Shown: positions 8,508-16,549 of the stretch, one piece after another | Layout of the letters: the number at the start of each line of letters is the position of its first letter | How positions within the stretch are numbered: the stretch's first letter is position 1 | Assembly (NCBI GenBank): GCA_001179505.1 | Contig: CDMY01000829.1 | Coordinates: 1-16,549, forward strand | Direction of reading: 5' to 3' | DNA length: 16,549 nt | Origin: Vitrella brassicaformis CCMP3155 | Taxonomy: Eukaryota > Protista > Chromerida | Made by a program: the position numbers and the translations under genes | Notes under the pieces: generated by a model | Seen by the model: only the letters and a program-made list of their open reading frames with translations | Database searches by the model: none | Told to the model about the DNA's origin: nothing

Positions 8508-11500
8508 ATGGGTGTGAGAGGATGAGGGGGGAGGGGAAGGGTGGGTCGTTTCTCCTGTGTACTGCTGCTGTATGATGTTTTCTTGCCGTCTGTCTCTCCC
8601 TCCCTCTCTCTGTGCTCACGTGTGTGTATTTCTTCCTTCTGCGCTGGTTGATTGACTGAAATGCATTCTTTGTCGCTATGGCGGTCGGTGAGCCAGTGGG
8701 CGGCAGACACTCCCCCACTCTGTCTGTATCTGTCTGAGTGGGGACCACCGCCTAGCTGCGGCTGACTGACTGACCGTGCATACAGACATCCATACACATA
8801 CATGTGTACATCCATACCCACTACTGTTGTCATTGACTGAAGAGTCATTTTTCCTAGACCTTTCATTGGTAGTCACAGATAGACAGGGACGGGAGGGGGG
8901 AGAGGAGGGGTGGGGTAGGTGCAATTAGTGAATGAGGGAGTGCTCCATGCATGGTTCATGCCGTGCTGGGCGTCACGCGCGAGTCGGGGTGATGTCAGGC
9001 AGTGTATTTGGCTCATTCGGGTGTGGCTGTGTCTGTATTAAGCGATTGGATGCTTGGATGGTTGGATGGTTGGGTGGGTGGGTGGGTGGTGATCGGTGTA
9101 TTATATTCTAATGCGTGTAACAAGAACGACGGGAATGATGACGATCGCACCCCCCGTGTGTGTGTGCGTGTGTGTGTGGACAGTGAATTCGGTGTATGCG
9201 TGTGTGCGTGGGCTGGGCAGCGACAGACAGACAGACCGATTGATCGGCTTGATTCAATTCGATTCAACTCAGTTCATCCAGCAACAATACACAGCACACG
9301 ACGGCACAACGACACGACCAGTGCACTGACTGACTGTACAATTAAGGCTATTGGTGGATATGTGTGATGCAAAAGTGTGGTGTGGTATGGCTTACAAAAT
9401 CAATCACTCACACGTACGACAAGGTGACGACACCAACACCCGATCGACCGGCGCGAGACGCATGCGACAAGACGCAATAGCGTCGCTACAGTTAGCTACA
9501 CCGATCCACCGTTCTCTCTCCTTCCGACGGCAACGTCTGTATGTACATTCCGCGAACGCTCAGACAACCACAGACAGACGAAGAGTGCCAAGCTGAGATA
9601 CGACGACAGACGAGACGTATCTACAGGGAGGCAGACACCAAAGACAGACAGACAGACAGACAGTCAGATCGACAGCAGCTGAATTCCCTACGAGTACCAT
9701 TCATTCATCCATTCCGACACCTCTCATCCATCACAGCGCCACCCGCAGTAGCCATCCATCCATCCCGTCCGTCCAGATGCCCTTCTTTCGGACATCGGCA
9801 CACCCTTCTCTGTCCTTACCTTTCCTTACCACGCCACACCCACACGACACGCGCAAACCCTCCAAGCAAGTCAGCACCACCATATCGTCGAATACAGGCA
9901 GACAGCGAGACAGACAGACAGACAGTGATGCGGACAAAATATGGAATTTGTACGGGGGAGGGAGTAGAGCAGGCGAGCTGATGAAGACAGACAAACACCA
10001 CACACAGAAGAAGCAGCAACGGGAGAAGGGAAGGAAGTATCGACAGACAGATAAGGCGAACGGGCAAAGCACACCGAGAATCAGAGGGAGATAGGGAGCT
10101 GCTGAGGCCCATTTCCCTCCTTGGCTGGTCGTTTAGCCACTAGGACACACACATACACAGACAGACAGACAGACAGACATCCACACGCAGCACTGCACAA
10201 ATATCGACCCACCCACCCACTCCCTACCGCCCACCGAGCTGTAGACAGCTTACCCCTTACCCCTCCCCAACCCTCAACTCAGCCACGTGTGCAATACACA
10301 CGCACACACACGTGCACATCCATCCATCCAGACCTCATAGGAGAAGACAATCGTTTGCACGCAAGCCGCCATCCAAGGCATGAAAAACTGGCGCGGTGCT
10401 GGCTCGACAGCCAGCGTTCGAGAAAGGGGCACGAAGAGAAGCACCACACATGGCAGAGCTTGTGAGCGCATGTATGTATGTGCATCATCAGCAGCAAGAT
10501 CGTAGTGGAGGGGACAGGCGCGAGAATGGAAAACCGCCCGCACATCCACCACACACATAACAGCAGGCTTGCTCGCGTCGAGTGCCACTTATGTACACAC
10601 ATGACATGTACACGGATAGACAGACAGACAGACAGACAGGGAGGGAGGGAATGAATGGATGGATGGATGGACGTGTGGAGGTCCAAAAAATAAAGCAGAG
10701 GGAGGTCAGTCGGTCGGTCGGTCAGTCAGTCAGTCAAGAGTACGCACTACGCAGCCGCTTGCTGGTCACCCATCCCAACCGCCACACACGCCCATTGCCT
10801 CACTGTACACCACGTACGCATCCATCCATGGGCAGATGCAGGAAGGGAAAATTGCGATGCATTAGTACGTGAAAGGATGAGTGGATGGATTACCGCACGC
10901 GTCTTGTGTGGGAGCGTGGGGGGGTGGGTAAGCGGCCGAAGAAGGCAAGCAACCAAGCAAGCAAGCAAGCAAGAGAAAGCAAATAAGCAAATAAGTACAT
11001 ACATACAGGTGGATAAATGGTACACAAATACACAATACACACTACATATGTACACAGCCATGGGCGTATACACACACACATACACATACATACATACACA
11101 TACATACAAACAGGTACGGCAGTTTGAAAATCCTCCCCATTCCTTCGTTCCCTCGACACTTCGGTCGCTGCTATGCTATGCTATCCTACGCCTCAATTAG
11201 TCAGGCCACACACACACACACACATATACACACACAACCACAAGCAGCCAACCCAACCACCAGCCAACCAGCCAGGGTAGCCAGCCAAGAAGACAACGAG
11301 AATAAGCGAGAGAAACCACCCACCACAGCAGACCACAGGCAGCAGCAAGACACACAGGCAGGAAGGCAGGCAGGCAGGCAGACAGTCAGCCAGCCAGCCA
11401 AATGAATGACAACCAGGCAAGCCAACGCACACATGACACCACAGACAGGAAAACAGCACCAGACACCAACACCGGTCCCTTACACACAATGGGATGGGAT

Positions 11501-11597
11501 GGGGTGGCATGGGATCAGATTGCATGTGCAGTGCGCCGTGATGTGTCTGAGTGTGATGTGTGTGTGTGTGTGTGTGTGTAATGGGTGCGTTGGTTAC
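8508..11597. repeat. Microsatellite-rich intergenic / 3' UTR region between convergent genes
   Basis: Many short arrays, e.g. (GT)n, (GGTG)n, (GGAT)n, (CAGA)n, (GCAA)n, (TACA)n, (GTCA/GTCG)n, (GGCA/GCCA)n, (CTATG)n. No coherent coding exons found; ORFs here translate the repeats. Confidence 0.75.
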
Positions 11598-13361
11598 TCA
11601 GAAGGATCGGCACTCGAATCGTGTGCCGAGGCACCTGCCGCGCACCGCCAGCACCTGGAACCGCTCGGCTGATATGTCGATGAAACCGTTGTCTATCAAA
11701 CGACCTGCACACGCAACCCAGCACACAGACAGATAGATACATATCGATGAGCCCGCAGTGGATGGATGGATGGATGAGTACGTACCGACGTTGAAGAATA
11801 CGTTTTTGGCTCTGCCGCCCTGCACGCCGAACCTAGTGCCCGGCTGCAGCTGACGATTGCCGTCACTCCCACTGCCACTGCTACCGCTGCCAACACCGCC
11901 ATCATCACCTGACATACACACCATACACAGAAAGCATTTCGTCCATCCACCCACCGCCCCTCTCGGCCTGTCTGTCTGTCTGTCTGGTGTGTTGGATTTG
12001 ATCTGCGCACCTGTGAGTTTGTTGGCGTCTATGTCAAGGCTGGTGTGTCTTATGAGTTTGTTGGCCTCCTCCGTCTTGCCCTCGTTGTATGCGGGGCCCT
12101 TGAAGACCGCCAATGGGGTGGTACGGGACACGTCACCCTTGTCGTACAGATTCGCACCCTCCTGTATGTGTGTGTGTGCAACAAGCCGAGTACTACAACA
12201 GCGCTCTCTGCGTGTGTGTGTACGAGTTAGTCGGGTGCTTACGGGTATCATGGTCATGGTGTCGCCGTTGGCGAAGGCGATCTCGACGATGTGTTTGTCG
12301 GTGTTGCGTGTGACCTCGTTGATCTTGTAGAACTTCTCTAGAGATCAACACGGTCACAAGTTGATCTTGTAGAACTTCACTTGTTCGTACTCGATCTTGT
12401 ACCTATGTGCTCGCCGCTCGACTTGAACTCGAGGTAGAGGGCCTCCACCTTGTAGAGGTCCGCCAGGTCCACCTCGAGCATCTCAAACATACCCAGGCTG
12501 TCCAACGTCTCCTTGGCCGACACATCCACGGCACGACCTGCACACACAACACACACAGACACAGACACAGACACACACAGACACAGAGCATGTGTATGTG
12601 TAATTTGCCCGGGCCCTCTCTCTTTTTTCTCGCTGGTATCGGCTTGTGTGATGCGCCGACCATCGATGGTGGCGACTTCGATGAGGCGGCCATCCTTGTC
12701 GGGCCTGAAGTCTTTTGAGATCTCGTTGGCGCCCAGACAGACGCCCAAGAAGATGGCCAGCGTCGCAAGATACAGCAGCGCGATGCCCGCCAGTATCACC
12801 GACAAATGGCGGGACCGACGCTGCTCCTGCTGCAACGCACGAGCCGCACGCGCCACGTCCTCGATGCTGAACTTGCCTGGTTGGTACACATACACATAAC
12901 AAGCCAGAGAGCAGAAATCGTCTCTCTGTCGCTCTCTCACCATCACACCCCTCCCTCCCCTGCTCACCATCGCCATCTGAGTCCCATGACTTGAGCACAC
13001 GCACGAGCAGGTCCGAGTCGCCGCCCCGCCCCCCGCCCGTGATGGTCACAGCAGCCCGCCGGAAGTTCTCTGTCCGGTTGGTGGGGATACCGCTGCTGCC
13101 ATTGGGGCTGAAACCGTCCACACCACCACCACCGCCGCCGCCGAACCGCAGATGGTGTGTGGCAGGGGGAAGGGCCAGCTTGGGCACGGGTGTGTTGGTG
13201 TTGGTATTGGTGCCGAGCTTGGATGGCGGGGCGGACGAGGACGACATACTCGACGGCGATGTCTGCTCGCCGAAGTGGGGCGTCGGCTGCTGTGTGGCTG
13301 TGGCTGTGAGGGAGAAGAGCTTGGGAATGGGGAAGCCGAAGCTGCGAACGGCTTCACTCAT
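11598..13361 (-). CDS. Uncharacterised single-pass membrane protein with N-terminal low-complexity region and one EF-hand, 7 exons, ~406 aa
   Basis: Exons (minus) 13361-12968, 12876-12661, 12537-12403, 12337-12243, 12161-12011, 11908-11786, 11704-11598. GT-AG introns with consistent phases; total 1221 nt. Splicing exons 1-2 creates the EF-hand loop DSDGDGKFSIED, followed by a short helical stretch and the TM LSVILAGIALLYLATLAIFLGVCLGA. The intron 12402-12338 is atypical (see findings). Confidence 0.75.
12338..12402 (-). other. Putative 65-nt intron made largely of direct and inverted copies of the adjacent exon
   Basis: Minus strand GTACAAG...GATCTCTAG. Removal joins EHI-E-KFYKINEVTR in frame; retention gives a stop at 12379-12377. 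19-bp direct repeat at 12318-12336 and 12360-12378; inverted copy 12338-12358 of 12309-12330. Confidence 0.6.
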
Positions 13362-13602
13362 TATTTCGTACCCACTATTCGTGGATGGACGGAAGGCCAC
13401 CACCACAGGCGATCTGGCTATCCAATAGCTACAGTAATGCTCTTCTCTCCCCAAATGGCATGATCGGCGATATTTCTGAGCTCGCACGGAAAGAGGCCGA
13501 CCATTCGCAGGCCACGAAAGAGGCATCCACCTGGAGATCCTCGAGCGATGACGTCATTGTGAGTGAAGATCTTGGAGATCTTGGAGAGTGGTTGAAGGAA
13601 GC
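13362..13602. promoter_or_regulatory. Compact divergent (bidirectional) promoter / 5' UTR region
   Basis: Only 241 bp separate the inferred ATGs of the minus-strand gene (13361) and the plus-strand gene (13603). Positional inference only; no specific motif identified. Confidence 0.5.
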
Positions 13603-15793
13603 ATGGCAGTGGCTCATCTGAAGGACAAGTGGGGCATCAGCCTGTCAGAAGGTAACCACAGCAGGCTTCAGCATCATGGCTACCTTATCGCTGATGAACC
13701 ATGTCTGTGTTTGTTGTCGTCTTATCACCAGATGGCGTGGATGAGTGTCTGAATCACGTGGAGGCCGACTCGATGGACGCCGTGCACCCAAAGGCCGCAG
13801 AAGAGTATCTCCTCAACACTGACATCAGGTATGTACACGATATGGGCCAGCATCTGTATTGTCTGAATGTGGGTGCCTGTCTGTCTGTCTGTGTGCGGAT
13901 TCAGGAAGGCTGGTGTGCTGTCGACCATTCCTGAGAACCTCCAGAGGGCAGGCAGCACACAACTCGACGTACAAAACGTGACGCACGGCAGATGCTCGCA
14001 CATCCACTGGTGTCTTGGGGTGTGCTTGGCTGTGTGTATGCGGGTTGATAGGGTCCGCATTTCGTGCAAGTCATCAAGATAGTGGACACCACCCAGCCGT
14101 CGAGGAAGGCCGAGGAAACGGAGAGTGAGTCAAGTGACACTCTCACACAAACACTAGGCACTGCCGTGTCATGTACTGTTTGTTTGCTACATACAGGTTA
14201 CAATCGTCTGCTGCTGTTGACACTCCATGACGGCCAGCAGCGCATCGCCGCCATTGAGTACCAAACCATCGACCAACTCAGGTCGGTAACACACCCACAT
14301 GCCCACCCACCACATCACCCACAGACACACGGCGACACTCTCTTCTCCACCGCAGTTTGAATGTCCCCCCCGGCACCAAGCTGCTCCTGGGTGGTCGTGG
14401 CCGCTCGCCCGTCGGTGTGCGCAACGGTGTTGTGCTGCTCGACCCCTCGTGTGTCATCGTCCTGGGCGGCTACGTCGAGCGCATGGTCGAGGCATGGAAG
14501 GTACCCACTCATCCATACAGCACCACAGACAGACAGACAGACAAATGTGCATGGACCTCTCTGTCTGTCTGTCTGTCTGTGTGCGTGTGTCTGTGTGTGT
14601 GCAGGTGAATCAGGAGGTGCAGGCGTCGCGCCTGTGGCTCAAGTCAGCAAAGCCGCAAGACGCCGGTGGCAGTGGTGGGCAGGACCCCCAGCGGCCGAAC
14701 CGCAACTTTGCCGACGACGACGGACCGCCGAGGTTCCAGCCCTTCAAACAGGTGGCTGAACCAAACGGAGGAAGGGAAAAAAGGCTCCCTGTTCAACCCT
14801 GCGTATCTCTCTGTGTGGCTATGTGTTGCCAGGGCATGGCGACTGACCAGCGGCAAGGCAAGGCTCGCCCCTCTCCCTCTCCTCTTCCCCCACCATCCCA
14901 GGCCACATCAGCCGCTCCACCTGACTCCAACAGCAGGGCACCAGACGACGAGCAGCAGCCAGACGAAGGCCCAAGATTCGACATTGCTGAGCTCGGAGGG
15001 GCGGGAAACAAGCCACAGGTGAATTGGCAGGAATGGACACAAAAAGCAAATGGAATCTCTCTCTCTGTCCTTCCCCGACAGACGCACATCAGTGCGAGTG
15101 CATTCAAGGCGGCCGAGCAGGGTGGGAGAGGTGGCCGCGGGCAGCGGGGGAGGCGCGGCCGTGGACGTGAGGGGGACGAAGACTTTGTGGATCGCGACCT
15201 GCAGCATTATGTGGCCGACAACCGTCGGGGTCATTCGGGCGGTATGTCGCTCGACATGTTCATCAAGAAGGACAAGAGGGCGGAGGCAGCGGCAGCAGCA
15301 GGGCCGTCGCATCAGGAGGATGAAGGCGAGGGCGAGGAGGAGTGGGAGGACTGGCCAGAGGCATACCAACAGCCACAACCATCACAGCCACCATACTCCA
15401 CACCAGGTGGGTGGCGAATCACTCCAAACCAAGGACGCACTCTACACCTTGGCTACTCGGGGCTCTCTCGCTGTGTCTGTGTGGTCTCATCAATCTAATG
15501 CAGGCCCACCGCCGCACAACGGCTTCTCCCAAGACCGCCGGAGGAGCTACCCGGCGGACAGCAACTCTTATGACTACCAGCAGCAGCAGCAGCAGGCGTC
15601 ATACAGAGGTGGGAGAGGTGGATCCTTCGACAGCATGCCCACTGGTGGTGGTGGTGGTGGTGGTGGTGGGCGTGGATGGAGGGGTGGCGGTGGCCATTAT
15701 GGCCGCGGCGGGCGTGGGAGAGGTGGAGGGGGGAGGGGCAGAGGGGGGAGGGGCAGAGGGGGGAGGGGAGGAGGAGGGCACAGAAGATGGTAG
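13603..15793 (+). CDS. DUF1767/OB-fold protein (TDRD3/RMI1 N-terminal-like) with low-complexity, RGG-rich C-terminus, 10 exons, ~486 aa
   Basis: Exons 13603-13651, 13732-13828, 13905-13968, 14052-14124, 14197-14281, 14356-14500, 14605-14751, 14833-15018, 15082-15406, 15504-15793. All introns GT-AG with consistent phases; total 1461 nt. Motifs: LLNTDIR, LDGPHFVQVIKIVD, RLLLLTLHDG, AIEY, SLNVPPGTKLLL, VRNGVVLL, VLGGYVERMVEAWK, GPPRFQPF. These follow the TDRD3/RMI1 OB-fold order as I recall it. Confidence 0.85.
14524..14581 (+). repeat. Perfect 20-bp inverted repeat of complementary (CAGA)n/(TCTG)n arms inside intron 14501-14604
   Basis: CACAGACAGACAGACAGACA (14524-14543) and TGTCTGTCTGTCTGTCTGTG (14562-14581) with an 18-nt loop. 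Confidence 0.85.
15726..15768 (+). repeat. 15-bp G-rich tandem repeat (about 3 copies) encoding RGG/GRGG; potential G-quadruplex
   Basis: GAGGGGGGAGGGGCA at 15726 and 15741, partial copy at 15756; six G-runs of 4-6 nt. Confidence 0.8.
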
Positions 15794-16321
15794 GCAGCAA
15801 AGAGAGGCACGACTGGCCCGTCAATGGGTGAGGTGACTGGGTGGGTGACTGAGAGAGGGGCACCCATGCATACTGCTATTTGTCTTATGGATGGATGGAT
15901 GGATGGCAATGGGTTGTGTATTGTGTGTGCCGGTTGTGGAGTTGGTCATTGCACGCATTCATCCCTTCATCGCGTGACTGACAGTAGTTGCCAGCATTAA
16001 ACTCAGCGTAGCGTCAAAAGACGAGACCAATCATGGGGGGAGGTCCCCAGGTTAAGGCACCGCGATCGTTGCACCGTTTCACGTGCGACCAGGCTCTAGA
16101 ACATCCCGCGCAACCGTATCTTTGCCTGACGAACCCGTTGAGCATTCATCCGCTGAGAGCTGAAAGGAATACCACACGTCCGTTCCACAAAAGAAAGGCG
16201 CAGTCAGAAAGTCTCGGACGAAAAGAAAATGGTGAGGGAGAGAAAGGGGAGATCTTCACGCCTTGTCTACGTCGCTCGTTGCTTACCGTCTGTTTCAGAA
16301 ATTGCCAAGCCGATTGGTGTG

Positions 16322-16549
16322 ATGTGTGATTTGGTGCCTGAGGAGCTCTGGCGTGAGCGGATTCTCTCCTGCCTTCTCTCTGTGACATCATTGCCCTGCG
16401 AGCCGGCAGCAGGGCCAAGGCGGCCCTCGTGACGTCCGATGTGCCGCTACAGCGCATCGATGCGTCCATCGACTTCAATGAAGTCAGAGGCCTCATCGAT
16501 GTCGACCGCACCCCCACACACCTCGGTTATCTGCTGAGGTGCGCCTATG
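16322..16549 (+). pseudogene. 5' part of an F-box-like, probably lineage-expanded family gene with a frameshift near 16373-16380 (truncated by the window end)
   Basis: Frame 1 gives MCDLVPEELWRERILSCL. After a -1 shift, a stop-free 56-codon frame runs to the window end: CDIIALRAGSRAKAALVTSDVPLQRIDASIDFNEVRGLIDVDRTPTHLGYLLRCAY. Unshifted, the frame stops at 16430-16432. Family call is from recall only. Confidence 0.55.

Noticed and set aside
6724-8517. Several long antisense and off-frame ORFs overlapping MGD
   Set aside because: Expected shadows of a GC-rich coding region with strong third-position bias.
11635-11654. 20-nt GT...AG segment in the last exon of the minus gene
   Set aside because: Far shorter than any supported intron here (minimum 63 nt), and the frame reads through it sensibly.
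11844-11855. RQLQ as an apicomplexan PEXEL export motif
   Set aside because: The fifth residue is P rather than E/Q/D and the motif is far from the N-terminal region; kept only as a generic RxL site.
12318-12378. 19-bp direct repeats with a 23-bp spacer as a mini-CRISPR or transposon target-site duplication
   Set aside because: Only two copies, inside a eukaryotic gene with no cas or transposase; the spacer is itself an inverted copy of the flank.
13559-13609. Possible 51-nt intron joining the upstream ORF (13460) to the OB-fold gene
   Set aside because: Donor is phase 0 and acceptor phase 1 relative to the main frame, so the splice would frameshift.
1-16549. rRNA, tRNA, transposase or retroelement sequences
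   Set aside because: None recognised by eye; a covariance-model or repeat-library search was not possible, so small RNAs cannot be excluded.

Overview
Intron-rich eukaryotic DNA with short (63-123 nt) GT-AG introns full of AC/GT/CAGA microsatellites. The style suggests the chromerid alga Vitrella brassicaformis (inference, not verified). Hand-spliced gene models, left to right: (1) last exon of a beta-lactamase/DD-peptidase-family serine hydrolase (copy A); (2) a 698-bp apparently identical duplicate flanking a 300-N gap, probably an assembly artefact; (3) a complete 7-exon, membrane-anchored copy B of the same hydrolase; (4) a 2-exon monogalactosyldiacylglycerol synthase (MGD); (5) about 3 kb of microsatellite-rich intergenic DNA between convergent genes; (6) a 7-exon minus-strand gene for an uncharacterised EF-hand plus single-TM protein; (7) a divergently transcribed 10-exon DUF1767/OB-fold gene (TDRD3/RMI1-like) with an RGG tail; (8) the 5' end of a frameshifted F-box-like gene. 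The most unusual feature is a 65-nt putative intron (12338-12402, minus strand) built largely from direct and inverted copies of its downstream exon, a candidate recent intron gain through templated-insertion repair. No rRNA, tRNA, CRISPR array or transposon was recognised.
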